From: a virus
Taxonomy: Duplodnaviria > Caudoviricetes
Virus record (IMG/VR): IMGVR_UViG_3300030389_003243
Coordinates: 1 to 26,629 of that record
Strand: one strand, 5' to 3'
Length of the DNA: 26,629 nucleotides
In this document: positions 13,599-24,459 of the stretch, in pieces
Position numbering within the stretch: position 1 is the first letter of the stretch
Layout: every line of letters starts with the position of its first letter
Position numbers and translations under genes: made by a program
Notes under the pieces: generated by a model
What the model was told of the DNA's origin: nothing
Databases searched by the model: none
What the model saw: only the letters and a program-made list of their open reading frames with translations

Positions 13599-15365
13599 AT
13601 GCTTTTAGATAGCAAAAAATTGTACGACCAAATAGATTACCTTAGAGTAATAAATAAAGACCAAATGATTGATAGAAGTCGTATTCGTGACATTATGAAT
13701 GGTGGAGAAGCTGCAGTCAAAGCATTGCTAGGCAATCAAGTAAATGTAGAATATCACGAGTTACCTGCCCCTAATTTATTTTTGACAGCACTAGAAAGAT
13801 TTGCACAAAAATTAGGCAGAAGTCCTGACATCAAAGTAGATATAATAAATGAAAAAGACAGTGAAAGAGCAAGAAAAAAATCTGAAAAACTAGAGCGTAT
13901 AGTCGTAAGTTATGACAAATATCAAAAGTTAAACAAACAATTACCACAAGTTGGTAGATGGCTTCCTGGATATGGTTTTGTTGTGTGGACAATAGGACAC
14001 AAAAGAGATAAAAATGGTTCTCCATATCCTTACGCAGAACTTCGTGACCCTTTTACTTGTTACCCTGGAACTTTCGGCAATGACCAACAACCAAAAGAAT
14101 TAGCAATAATTAGTCGTGTACCACACACTATATTGGCTGAACAATATCCTGAAGCAAAAGAATTTATTTATGCTCAAGAAGAAAACGACAGTGGTTTTCA
14201 AAATCCATACTCTGCTTTATACGATAGTTCAGATAGAGCAGGTAGTTGGGCTAACTCAACAGGACATGGCAAAGTAGTTGTTGAGTATAGGGATGGCGAA
14301 GGAACATATATATTTTTACCTGAAAATAAAAAAATAATAGACTTTATGCCTAATGTATTAAAATCAGGTCCATGTTTTGTTGTTGCAAAAAGATATTCAT
14401 TTGACCAAATGCAATCACAGTTTCAACATATTACAGGTCTTATGGCTAACATGGCAAAAATTAACATACTAGGAACTATTGCTATGGAAGATGCAGTGTT
14501 TACAGAAACAAACATTGTTGGTGAAATAGAAAGCGGTAAATATCGTAAAGGTAGATTTGCAGTTAACTATTTGACACCTGGTTCACAAGTATCAAAACCT
14601 GTAAACAATTTACCTTATCAATTATTTCAACAAGTAGATAGGTTAGAAAGACACCTTAGACTAGGTGCAGCTTATCCTGTATCTGATGATGGACAATCTC
14701 CTAATGCTTTTGTTACAGGAAGAGGATTAGAAGAACTAGGTCAATCTGCATCATTGCATGTAAGAGAGTATCAAACTGTATTAGGAGATGCTCTTGAAGA
14801 ATTAGATGCGAAAAGACTAGAGTATGATGAAGCAATGTTTGGAGCGACAAGAAAACCACTTGCAGGATTTCATAAAGGAACATCTTACAAAGAAACTTAC
14901 ACGCCTAACTCTGATATATCTGAAGTGTACACAACACGCAGAGTGTATGGTGTTATGGCAGGTTTTGATGAACCACAGAAAATAATTACAGGTTTACAAC
15001 TTTATCAACAGGGAATTATTGACAAGCAGACATTGCAAGAAAATATGGATGGGTTAGAAAATATATCAAAAATACAAAATCGTGTCAATAAAGAAAGAGC
15101 TGAAACTGTATTGTTTGAAACTCTTATGGCACAAGCAGCACAAGGTGACCAAAAGGCATTAATTGCTGCTATAGAGATAAGAAAAAATCCTCAAAGAATG
15201 TCTGAAATATTAGATAAATACTATACTGCAGAAGGTGAAGAACCTAGTGAAGAAGAACTAGCTTTACTAAATGCACAAACGCAACAAGCAGGTGCTGTAC
15301 CTCAAGGACCACCACCTGGATTAGCACAAGTGTTATCACAAGTAGCACAACAGGGAGGACAATAA
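13599..15365 (+). CDS. Portal (head-tail connector) protein
   Basis: 588 aa directly after terL; helical; Q/P/G-rich C-terminus typical of podovirus-type portals. Mainly synteny and size. Confidence 0.75.
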   Translation: MLLDSKKLYDQIDYLRVINKDQMIDRSRIRDIMNGGEAAVKALLGNQVNVEYHELPAPNLFLTALERFAQKLGRSPDIKVDIINEKDSERARKKSEKLERIVVSYDKYQKLNKQLPQVGRWLPGYGFVVWTIGHKRDKNGSPYPYAELRDPFTCYPGTFGNDQQPKELAIISRVPHTILAEQYPEAKEFIYAQEENDSGFQNPYSALYDSSDRAGSWANSTGHGKVVVEYRDGEGTYIFLPENKKIIDFMPNVLKSGPCFVVAKRYSFDQMQSQFQHITGLMANMAKINILGTIAMEDAVFTETNIVGEIESGKYRKGRFAVNYLTPGSQVSKPVNNLPYQLFQQVDRLERHLRLGAAYPVSDDGQSPNAFVTGRGLEELGQSASLHVREYQTVLGDALEELDAKRLEYDEAMFGATRKPLAGFHKGTSYKETYTPNSDISEVYTTRRVYGVMAGFDEPQKIITGLQLYQQGIIDKQTLQENMDGLENISKIQNRVNKERAETVLFETLMAQAAQGDQKALIAAIEIRKNPQRMSEILDKYYTAEGEEPSEEELALLNAQTQQAGAVPQGPPPGLAQVLSQVAQQGGQ

Positions 15366-15637
15366 TGCCTGAACCATCAGACAAAATGCGTGAAACTAAT
15401 GTTAAGTTTTATGACATTATTAATTCAGAAGATTGGGATTTAGACAATATAGAAGTAGAACCAAAAATAGATGATAGTTTTACACCTCCAATTATGCAAT
15501 ATTGGATGCCTACACCACACCCTAAAGTATTTATTCGTGTAGATTTTACTATTGAAGATGCTGCAGAAAACGAAAGACTAAAAGATTTTTTAGGAGGGCT
15601 TGATGATTTCTTTAATGATGAGGGATATTATGGTTAG
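15365..15637 (+). CDS. Acidic hypothetical protein
   Basis: GGAGG RBS; TAATG coupling. Confidence 0.7.
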   Translation: MPEPSDKMRETNVKFYDIINSEDWDLDNIEVEPKIDDSFTPPIMQYWMPTPHPKVFIRVDFTIEDAAENERLKDFLGGLDDFFNDEGYYG

Positions 15638-16055
15638 AAAACCAAAGGCATTAAAACAAGTTACTGATGGCAAACCTGACCCTGCTTTTCAAGATTTATA
15701 CATACCAAGACAAAAAGGCGACCCAACAGGACAATCTAAAATAATTAACGACCAAGAAGATGCTCTTAATTATGAACTGCCTACAGTAGCAGGGGAACAA
15801 GTACAGCAAAATGCAACTAGAACAGCTAGTCCTATATCATTAGGGCAACCTACAAGGTTTCAAAGTGAGCCAAATACAGCAGGAATATCACAAGGACCTG
15901 GCGTAGGAAGAATAGGAACAAGTCCTATGGCAACAGATTTAGATGCTTATTTACAAGGATTATTTAGCAAATTTAATGACCCTGTAATTTTAGAGTTGAT
16001 AGAACAAAAAAATGCTGTGCCTGTACAGGAGAAGCCACAAACTAGGTTAAGATAA
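15630..16055 (+). CDS. Hypothetical, probably virion-associated protein
   Basis: GAGGG before ATG 15630 (MVRKPKAL); G/P/Q-rich, contains EPNTAG...GPG. Confidence 0.65.
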   Translation: MVRKPKALKQVTDGKPDPAFQDLYIPRQKGDPTGQSKIINDQEDALNYELPTVAGEQVQQNATRTASPISLGQPTRFQSEPNTAGISQGPGVGRIGTSPMATDLDAYLQGLFSKFNDPVILELIEQKNAVPVQEKPQTRLR

Positions 16056-19000
16056 TGCGTAGATATTCTTTGCGTTATTCTTTAGATGATTTAAAAAGAC
16101 AGGCTGCACAAGAAACATTTAATCGTGCAAGTTCTTTTGACAAAGGTGTTAAAGAAACAAATCCTGATTTAGTTCAAAATATTTCTAATCTTACAAAAGC
16201 ATATCCTACAATTCCTAAAGAAATTTTGCCTTATATGGCATTAAGTGGCACTACTGCAGAAGATGAAATTGCTTTGCAGGTAGCAAATAGAGCAGCATCC
16301 ATTATAGCAAACAAAAACACACAAGACCTTGTAACAGATGTGAACTTTTTTAAACGAGGTGTACAAATGGGTTTTTTAGGGTTAGATGCTGTATTTCAAA
16401 ATATATCAAGGGGTTTTAAGTCTGCAGTTGTAGCAGCACAAAAAACAGGAAAGTTTGTACCTGGAGTTGTAGCTAATGCAACATTAGGAGGATTGTATGA
16501 AACATTTAGACCACAAGTAGAAGGTGAGGAAGGTAGTTCTACAGCTAGATACTTAAATAACATATATGGCGGTGGTGTAGGGGATGTGTTTAAACAGACA
16601 CGAGATAGATATGGAAAAAATGAGTTTCGTTTAGCTTTAGAACAAACTAGAGATAATAAACCATTAAATTTAGGAAAAGGATTTTTGCCTAAATCTTTAG
16701 ACCCAAAAGAAACACAAGTGTACTTAGATATGCGTAGAGCAGGTAGAAGTGAAAAAGAAGCATTAAGTAGAGCCATAGAAGTTTATGGACTTCCTGTTAC
16801 ACAGTTGTACGACATAAGAGAAGATGCTTTTAAATACGAAGCCAAAGATGGCACAAAAGTAAATATATCACCAGGTCGAATAGCAGCAGTGCAAGTTTTT
16901 GAACCTGGTTCTGCAGGATTTAATGTTGTATCAGGAGTTATTGATGGTGTATTTAGACTTGCAGGTGACCCAACAAACTTGGCGTTGATGTATGGTGCAG
17001 GTGTAAAGACAGCAATGAGAACTATGGTACAAGCCAATAAACAATCTAAAAATGCTGCTACATTCTTTAAATCTTTTGCTCCTGGTAAAACAGGAAAATT
17101 TAATCGTGCTGCTTTTTATGGAAGGACAGTAGATGATGTAAGAAACACAGGTTGGGGTCAAAAGTTTGGTGAAGCTATTGCAAAATTAAAAGGTGATGAA
17201 GGTAGAGCATTTTTAGATGACATTAAAGAATTTGACAATGTTCCTGCATCTGTAAAAGAAGTATTGTTACATGTTGATGATGCTGATGATGTATGGAACA
17301 TATTAGACATAGTTGCTAAAAATGGTAATTTAACAGGCAAAGAGTTTGACAACATGTTTAATTTAATTAAAAAATATGTAAATGATGATGTTGCTGCAAA
17401 CCTAGACAGAGTTAGAGAAGCAAGTGTAGAAAACATTGCTTTTGGTTTAAATAACATTCCTGCAAGACCTACAGCTATGGGTGAACTATTTAATTATGCT
17501 AACAAACTTATGATAGGAGCAAGTACAGATGTTGCACCTATGAGAAAGTTTGCAGGTTTATTATTATCTAAAGATGACCCTGCAAGAGGATTGTTAGGCA
17601 CAGGCACACAAATAGCTAGAAGTCAATTCTTTCCACGACATGTAAAAAGAGCAATGCAACTTAGACCTGAAACAACAATGGTTATAGATGATTTAGAAGC
17701 AGCATCAAGAAATGCTAATGATATGCTTAAATTATCTTTCTCTAGTGCTAAAGAAAGAGGTTATTACTCTCGATTAGTTTTGACTGCTACATCACAAAAA
17801 GATTTAGAAGAAATTGCATATCAAATAAACCAAGCAATAGCTAAAAATGTTGCAGATTACAACCCTAACTTAAAAGTAGATGTTGAAGATATAATTAAAC
17901 AACAAGAAAGCTATAACGCACAAATGAACGAATTAAGAGATTTCTTTGGTAACTCTGCAGGTGGTTCTATTGCTTTTAATGGTACACAGATTAAAAAAAG
18001 ATACAAAAAATTAATTAAAGATGTAGAGGAACATTTTAAAGCTACAGGTGTTGAAGTTAATCCTGATGATGTAGAAAAATATATATTTGAAGCAGTGCCA
18101 AGTATGCACCTATTATCACAAGCATCTAAATCTTACATGGCACAACTTATAGACCCAAGAGATGTAATACAAGCTACAAGAGCGCATCAAACATTAATTG
18201 GTCCTGCAGAAAAAAGACTTACTACATTGTTTGACAATTTAAATATATTTAATGAAAATGCTGCGGACATGAAATGGGCAGATAGATTAAAAATACCTAG
18301 AAAAGCATTTGTTGGAGGTTATTCATCAAATCGATTGACATTAAAACCAAAAACAATGTTAGATACACTACTTGATGAAGCACAGAATAAAATATTAAAA
18401 CCTTTTTGGATGTTTAGATTAGCACTACTTATGCGTATTGCACCTGAAGAAGCAGCTAGAGCGGCATTTGGCGGATATGTCAATGCGTGGTCACATCCAC
18501 TACAAAGATTAGCTATGGTATCTAATAAATATTTAAACTTTGTTGGTGATGTAAAGCGTGAAGATAAGATATTCCAATTACGCAACAACTTAGGTAACAT
18601 TGTATTTACAGGTCACATGGGTCCTGATGACTACAAAAAATTAGCTGAAATGATAGATGAAAAAACACTTAAAAATTTTTTAGCTATTGAATACCCACAG
18701 ATAGAAAAATTAGTTAAATCTTATATGCTAGAAACAAGTTATACAGGTCAAGTATCTGATTACATGATTAATGCTGCAATTAACAATGTCAATCTTAAAA
18801 CATTTGTTAGAGAAGCAGTACAGGAAAGTAAATTGTCTGTAAGCAGTAAAGAAATAAACGCTAAAGCAAAAGGAACAGTAGTTGGCTTTGATAATAAAAC
18901 AGAGTACGCATCTATGGGTGAAGCGTTAGTAGAAGGTGGAGGTTTTAGCATTGATTTAGATGCAGCAAAATTCCTAGACATGAAAAAAAGAGTGCCTTCT

Positions 19001-22000
19001 GATGCAGAGGTATTTGTTTCTCCATACAAAGAATTTGAGTTTCCTTTAGGAACTGCTGCTGAAGTACGAGAAAAAGCAGCTAAAGTAAACATGACACCAA
19101 TAGAGTGGGTAGATAGTCAAATAGACAATTTATTTTTTACAGATGAAACTGTAGGTTTATTAAGCAAAGATGGTCATGTCTTAGGTGCGTACATAGATGA
19201 TGATGGTATTTTAATGTTAGATGTTTCTGTAGGATTAAGTGGAGAGAACGCTATAGACAACGCAGTGTTTATGGGTATCAATGCTTTTCAAGAAAGTATT
19301 TATGTAGGTCAACCGGGCAGACAAGCTGCTGTACAAGCAGGATATGGCAATGTAATGACATCTGATGGTTTTATAAACCTCTATAGAAAAAAAGCAAAAG
19401 ATGGAGAGATACTTAAAGGTGGTGCTGCTGCAATAAATTATGACAGTGTTATAGCAAAAGAAGTATTAGAAGTTTTATATGAAAACAATTTTAATGCTTT
19501 ATCACTAACAATGGATGATGTTAAAGGTGCAGGTAGAGGTTTGCCTAATGGTAGTTTGTTTAGTGCTGATGAAGGATATAATGCCGCAATGGGTGAACAA
19601 AGAATTACAGAGGGTTTAATAGGAGGCAGAAAAGATTTAGTAGAAAATTTGTTTATTAGAACAGATAAAAGATTACCAAATGATAAAATTAATCCTCTTT
19701 ATTGGGAAGGATTGTGGACAGAGATTGGAGAACTTCTTGCATCTGACCCTATAACAGTAAGGTTGTTAAATCTAGGAATTGATGACATGATGGAGTATTT
19801 ACGCACTAATCCTACAGGTAAAAATTTAATTAAAGAATTTGTAGAAAGAAGTCACAATGCAGATGATATATCATTTTTAACTGATGATGCAGCACTAAGA
19901 AGTTATTTAGAAAGTATAGAATACAGAGTAGGTATTGCGGTTGGTAATCCTACAGCTAAAATACGACATCCTATTGAAGGATATGAATTAAATCCTGCAG
20001 ACACAAGTCAAGTGTATTGGGTAAATAAACAAAAAGTATATCCTAAATTTGAAGTAGATTTGTCTGTTACTGCTAATACTAAATTATTTCAATTTATTAA
20101 AAGCGGTGGTTTTATGGATGGAACAGATTGGGTTCGTTGGAAAAGCCACATTAATACATTAACAAGAAGAACAAAAAGAGAAAAAAACATATTATTTAAA
20201 GGAAATGTAAAAGGAAAATCTAATCAAGAATTTTACAAACAGTTTATAAAACTTTTTTCAAAAGAAGTAGATGGTGCAGACTTAGGTCCACAAACTATTC
20301 CAAGAAGATTTGATTTAAAAAATAGAATTAATGAAGATGGAACAATAATTGCAGGAGAAAAAATTGTAGCTGCAGGTGCTATGGATGATTTAGCTTTTTC
20401 AGAAGGCATGGCAAGTTATGATAGATTACTAGAAAGTGGATATAACACATTAATATCAAAACCATCTAATTACCTTAATCGTGACCCATTGTTTAGGCGT
20501 TCTTTCTATACAACTGCAGTAGAAGTAATGGGATATATGGATGATGCAACAACAGCAGAGTTTATGAAAGGTGCGAAAGTTTGGATAGAAGGCACAGATA
20601 TGTGGGATAACTTAGTTAAAGCATCTAAACAACCAAAGATAGAAAATACCATAACTAGCTTAGAACAGGCAGAAAAAATACTTAAACATAAAGCAATGGA
20701 AGATGTTAAGAATTTGTTCTACTCAACATCACAACGACATGTAGCATCAGATTTGTTTTCTAAATACATACCATTTCCTGAAATATGGGCAGAGGTATTT
20801 AAAACATGGGGTGGATTGATTGCAGACAATCCACATAAATTTAACGCTACAAGAATAGCTGTAGATAATGGTACAGGTGCTACTCCATGGAATGATGAAA
20901 ATGGTTTTCTATCAGAAGATGCAAGAACAGGCAAGTTAATGTTTAATTATGTAGATGCTTTTAATGTATTAACATTAGGTGCTTTCAAAGGTCTAGGTAA
21001 AGTTGCAGAGATGTCAGGATTAAGAGAAGCGTTGCCTGATATTGTAACATCACCATATCAAACAACAGTATTTGGTGAAGATTTACAAGATGAAGGCGTA
21101 AGAGTTGATGCACCTGGATTTGCTGCAGGTCTTAACCTAGTTGCACAAAATGGTTTTGCACCTGGTTTTGGTCCTGCTGTGCAAATGCCTATGAAATATT
21201 TTATAGACAAGTTTGGTAGCACAAAAGCATTTCGTAAATTCTTTTTAGGTGAGTATGAAAGTTCAGGACAACTTAAAGACATTGCAATACCTGCATGGTT
21301 AAAAAAGTTTAGATTGTTTTTATCAGGAGAAAACATTGCAGACAAAGATATGCAAAGAACATTTGCTTCTACTGCTATGGATTTATACACAGCTTATGTA
21401 CTTGCAGGTATTATAGACCAATCAGACCCACAAAGCGTAAGAGAAGGTGTAGAAAGAGCTACAGAACAAGCTAGAGCAGTTTTTGGTTTTAGAGCAGCAG
21501 CACAGTTTGCATTGCCTACTGCTGTACAACCAAGAATAGAAGTAGAAGATAAAGATGGTCAATGGTGGGGTGTACAAACATTAGTCAATAAATATCAAGA
21601 AATGTTAATTAAGAATGGTTATGACCACTTTACAACTCAACAAGAATTTATAACTAAATTTGGTGTTAATCCTATACCGCTAAAACAACCTGGAAGTTAT
21701 AGAGTTGGTAAACAACCTATTAAAGAAAATTCTTTTATATGGTGGCAAAAAGATGAAAATAAAGAGTTGTTAAGACAAAACAATTTACCTAATACTGCAT
21801 ATTACATTTATCCTGACAAAATAGAAGATGAGTTATTTTATCCTGCTTACTACGAAACAAGAGCGCAGAATATAACTACAGGAGAGTTTGCATCATTTAT
21901 GCGACATACACAAGCTATATTTGAATACGAAAAAGGTAAAGCAGACATACGAGATAATGGTAAAACCAAAACAGAACAAAACAAAGAAATATCAGATTTA

Positions 22001-22495
22001 AAAAATCAAATAAATGATGAGTATCAAATTGATATGTTTAACTTTCAAGGTAAACCTAATGCTGTTACAACTACAGAGTTAATGTTTGAGTTACGAAGAT
22101 GGAATGATTTTGAACAAACAAAAAATAGTCCTGAAAACAAATATGTACAAGAGTATTTAGATAAGCGTGATGAGTTAATAGATGTGATACTTAATGGGGG
22201 AACATTTACATTTAATGATTTGACTATAGAAGTTGAAAACAGAGATGGTAAAATTTACTATACTTATGATGAAGTAGATGAGTTTGGTATAACAAAATCA
22301 GTTACTAAAAGAAGTCAGAAAAATGCAAGAACCTTGAATGGTACTTCGCAAATAACGATTGATGCAAGAGTAATTATGAAAGCAATTTGGGATGATTTAA
22401 TAGTCAAAGGTAAAGACACTAACTTTCCACAATTAGCTAATGAAGTTTTATTTTATGAAATAAGCCCAACAAATAGTCAGAATGAGAGTGATTAA
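16055..22495 (+). CDS. Very large (2146 aa) probable internal virion/ejection protein, multi-domain
   Basis: Uninterrupted ORF in the structural operon; no tape-measure or fibre repeats seen. Function inferred from size and position. Confidence 0.6.
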   Translation: MRRYSLRYSLDDLKRQAAQETFNRASSFDKGVKETNPDLVQNISNLTKAYPTIPKEILPYMALSGTTAEDEIALQVANRAASIIANKNTQDLVTDVNFFKRGVQMGFLGLDAVFQNISRGFKSAVVAAQKTGKFVPGVVANATLGGLYETFRPQVEGEEGSSTARYLNNIYGGGVGDVFKQTRDRYGKNEFRLALEQTRDNKPLNLGKGFLPKSLDPKETQVYLDMRRAGRSEKEALSRAIEVYGLPVTQLYDIREDAFKYEAKDGTKVNISPGRIAAVQVFEPGSAGFNVVSGVIDGVFRLAGDPTNLALMYGAGVKTAMRTMVQANKQSKNAATFFKSFAPGKTGKFNRAAFYGRTVDDVRNTGWGQKFGEAIAKLKGDEGRAFLDDIKEFDNVPASVKEVLLHVDDADDVWNILDIVAKNGNLTGKEFDNMFNLIKKYVNDDVAANLDRVREASVENIAFGLNNIPARPTAMGELFNYANKLMIGASTDVAPMRKFAGLLLSKDDPARGLLGTGTQIARSQFFPRHVKRAMQLRPETTMVIDDLEAASRNANDMLKLSFSSAKERGYYSRLVLTATSQKDLEEIAYQINQAIAKNVADYNPNLKVDVEDIIKQQESYNAQMNELRDFFGNSAGGSIAFNGTQIKKRYKKLIKDVEEHFKATGVEVNPDDVEKYIFEAVPSMHLLSQASKSYMAQLIDPRDVIQATRAHQTLIGPAEKRLTTLFDNLNIFNENAADMKWADRLKIPRKAFVGGYSSNRLTLKPKTMLDTLLDEAQNKILKPFWMFRLALLMRIAPEEAARAAFGGYVNAWSHPLQRLAMVSNKYLNFVGDVKREDKIFQLRNNLGNIVFTGHMGPDDYKKLAEMIDEKTLKNFLAIEYPQIEKLVKSYMLETSYTGQVSDYMINAAINNVNLKTFVREAVQESKLSVSSKEINAKAKGTVVGFDNKTEYASMGEALVEGGGFSIDLDAAKFLDMKKRVPSDAEVFVSPYKEFEFPLGTAAEVREKAAKVNMTPIEWVDSQIDNLFFTDETVGLLSKDGHVLGAYIDDDGILMLDVSVGLSGENAIDNAVFMGINAFQESIYVGQPGRQAAVQAGYGNVMTSDGFINLYRKKAKDGEILKGGAAAINYDSVIAKEVLEVLYENNFNALSLTMDDVKGAGRGLPNGSLFSADEGYNAAMGEQRITEGLIGGRKDLVENLFIRTDKRLPNDKINPLYWEGLWTEIGELLASDPITVRLLNLGIDDMMEYLRTNPTGKNLIKEFVERSHNADDISFLTDDAALRSYLESIEYRVGIAVGNPTAKIRHPIEGYELNPADTSQVYWVNKQKVYPKFEVDLSVTANTKLFQFIKSGGFMDGTDWVRWKSHINTLTRRTKREKNILFKGNVKGKSNQEFYKQFIKLFSKEVDGADLGPQTIPRRFDLKNRINEDGTIIAGEKIVAAGAMDDLAFSEGMASYDRLLESGYNTLISKPSNYLNRDPLFRRSFYTTAVEVMGYMDDATTAEFMKGAKVWIEGTDMWDNLVKASKQPKIENTITSLEQAEKILKHKAMEDVKNLFYSTSQRHVASDLFSKYIPFPEIWAEVFKTWGGLIADNPHKFNATRIAVDNGTGATPWNDENGFLSEDARTGKLMFNYVDAFNVLTLGAFKGLGKVAEMSGLREALPDIVTSPYQTTVFGEDLQDEGVRVDAPGFAAGLNLVAQNGFAPGFGPAVQMPMKYFIDKFGSTKAFRKFFLGEYESSGQLKDIAIPAWLKKFRLFLSGENIADKDMQRTFASTAMDLYTAYVLAGIIDQSDPQSVREGVERATEQARAVFGFRAAAQFALPTAVQPRIEVEDKDGQWWGVQTLVNKYQEMLIKNGYDHFTTQQEFITKFGVNPIPLKQPGSYRVGKQPIKENSFIWWQKDENKELLRQNNLPNTAYYIYPDKIEDELFYPAYYETRAQNITTGEFASFMRHTQAIFEYEKGKADIRDNGKTKTEQNKEISDLKNQINDEYQIDMFNFQGKPNAVTTTELMFELRRWNDFEQTKNSPENKYVQEYLDKRDELIDVILNGGTFTFNDLTIEVENRDGKIYYTYDEVDEFGITKSVTKRSQKNARTLNGTSQITIDARVIMKAIWDDLIVKGKDTNFPQLANEVLFYEISPTNSQNESD

Positions 22496-24006
22496 TGGAT
22501 GATGAAATAGATGAGTTATTAGAAGAAGAAGTTGTAGAAGAAACAGAAGATGTTTCTGAAAAAGAAGTAAAACGACTTACTTCTAACAGCGTATATAGCT
22601 ATGTAGAAAACATGGTTAATATGCCTGTATTCTTTTTTAATTTTGGTAAGCCTACTGCAACTGCAGGTGCAAGAGGTATGGTAATAGAAGGCTATATACC
22701 TTCAGAAGATAGTGATTTCTTTTCATTAAAACAATTAATGACTAAACCTGAATTTTTACAAGTATTACCTAGACAGTTTGAAGATAGATATAGAGATATT
22801 ACAAGTTTTGGAGTATCAGAAGAAAATTTAGAAAAAGAATTACAAGATTTATTTACTGATATAGATACATATTTTACAGAAAATGTAGAAACAAAAGTTG
22901 GTAATGAAATTGTTGCTTATGACAAAGAACTTACAGATAAAGGTAGCGCTATAACAACAATTAATTTATATGGTGAAGATACAAAACAACCGACATCATT
23001 TGCAGATTTTTTGGCAACTATTGATGGTACAAATGTATCAACAATAAAAAAAGCAGCAGCAGAATATGTAACGCAAGTTGAAGAACAAGCAGAACTTGCC
23101 ACTGCACAACAAATACAAAATAATGCAGATAGTTACTCTACATCAGGTAATGCGTGGGGTATAACTACTACACAAGAAGGTTATATAGTTAATCCTGAAA
23201 AACCTAGTGAATTTATAATTGCACCTTTTATTAAAGGTGATGAGTACAGAGATTTTGTTGATATGAGTGAAGCGGAGATATTTAAGTTACAAAAACAAAT
23301 GGTAGCTGCAGGTATGTCGCCACCATCAATAGATGAATATGGACAGTGGACACCAAGAGAAGCTAACTTTATGGTTGGTATATTTGTTGAAGCTACAGAT
23401 AGTGGAACATGGTTTCAAGATAGTCAAAATGGAGTGCCAATGTGGACAACTGCTTTGGCAAATGTTACAACAAGTTTTAAAGAGAGAGAAGATTTTACTA
23501 ACCTACTAAGGTCAGAAGGCTATGGTGTACCTACGCCAAATCCTACGACTTCACAAATTAAATCATTACTAGATGGTGCAGCAGCCGCAAATGGTGTTGT
23601 TTTAAGCCAAAGTGATTATGTAAATTTTGCAAATGTCGTTATAAAAGCAATGCAACAATCAGCGCAATCTCAAAGAGATAGTGATAACGCAACAGTTACA
23701 GATAGAGATTTAATATTAAACACAAACTTTCGTGACCCTAGAAGCGCAAAAAAAGGTGAGTATGGTAGATTTTTAGATGGTTCTCCATTACCGCTTATAT
23801 TGCCTAGTTATGAATTTTTAACACAAGAAGCAGGTTATCAACCGCCTGTATTATCTACTGAAGAAATATTAAATGATGAAATCAAAAAATTAAAAAGTAG
23901 ACAAATAGAAGGAAATCAAGATTTAGCAGCTATTAAATACACCACCAATTTATTTGAAACAGCAATGGGTAAAATAACTTATGGTGGTGCGGAAAAGGAT
24001 AATTAA
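22495..24006 (+). CDS. Acidic probable virion protein with possible peptidoglycan-binding domain
   Basis: EIFKLQKQMVAAG...DEYGQWTPRE resembles PG_binding_1 (LQ..L...G...DG.WG); TAATG coupling. Confidence 0.5.
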   Translation: MDDEIDELLEEEVVEETEDVSEKEVKRLTSNSVYSYVENMVNMPVFFFNFGKPTATAGARGMVIEGYIPSEDSDFFSLKQLMTKPEFLQVLPRQFEDRYRDITSFGVSEENLEKELQDLFTDIDTYFTENVETKVGNEIVAYDKELTDKGSAITTINLYGEDTKQPTSFADFLATIDGTNVSTIKKAAAEYVTQVEEQAELATAQQIQNNADSYSTSGNAWGITTTQEGYIVNPEKPSEFIIAPFIKGDEYRDFVDMSEAEIFKLQKQMVAAGMSPPSIDEYGQWTPREANFMVGIFVEATDSGTWFQDSQNGVPMWTTALANVTTSFKEREDFTNLLRSEGYGVPTPNPTTSQIKSLLDGAAAANGVVLSQSDYVNFANVVIKAMQQSAQSQRDSDNATVTDRDLILNTNFRDPRSAKKGEYGRFLDGSPLPLILPSYEFLTQEAGYQPPVLSTEEILNDEIKKLKSRQIEGNQDLAAIKYTTNLFETAMGKITYGGAEKDN

Positions 24007-24341
24007 TGGAAGAAGATAATGTAGTACAAGACCAACCTAATACAAGGTTTGAAAGAAGCCCACAGGCAATGGCTAATGCCTCGTTGTTTAAACAACCTGC
24101 AAGAAACTATTATAAACTGCTTAAATTATTGACTATGGTTGGTGAGGGTCTAGCTAGTACAGGTGACTTTATAGGTAGTGCTGCACGAGGACCTTCAAAA
24201 TTTGTTGAAAAAATCAAATCAGAAACACAAGAATTAATTGACAGAGATAATCAGTTTTTTCAAGAAACACAAACAAACAATGTACCTTTACAAGAAATAA
24301 TCAAAAGATTGCAAGATTTTAGAGGTGACAATGATAATTAA
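24006..24341 (+). CDS. Hypothetical protein
   Basis: TAATG coupling; contains a TGTTTAAACA site at 24085. Confidence 0.65.
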   Translation: MEEDNVVQDQPNTRFERSPQAMANASLFKQPARNYYKLLKLLTMVGEGLASTGDFIGSAARGPSKFVEKIKSETQELIDRDNQFFQETQTNNVPLQEIIKRLQDFRGDNDN

Positions 24342-24456
24342 ACCACCTGTAGGTGACTATAGTTATCTACCTGAAGATATGCGAAAAGAATTTATAGAGG
24401 TAAGAAAACAAATAGATAAAAAATTTTATGAACAAATAGCAGCAGATAAGGAATAA
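24331..24456 (+). CDS. Hypothetical protein (41 aa, MIIKPPVGDYSYLPEDMRKEF...), not in ORF track
   Basis: GAGGTG RBS; fills the gap. Confidence 0.55.
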   Translation: MIIKPPVGDYSYLPEDMRKEFIEVRKQIDKKFYEQIAADKE

Positions 24457-24459
24457 AGC

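Noticed and set aside
16055-22495. Tape measure protein or virion RNA polymerase
   Set aside because: No periodic aromatic repeats, no tail-tube or chaperone context, and no polymerase catalytic motifs recognised.
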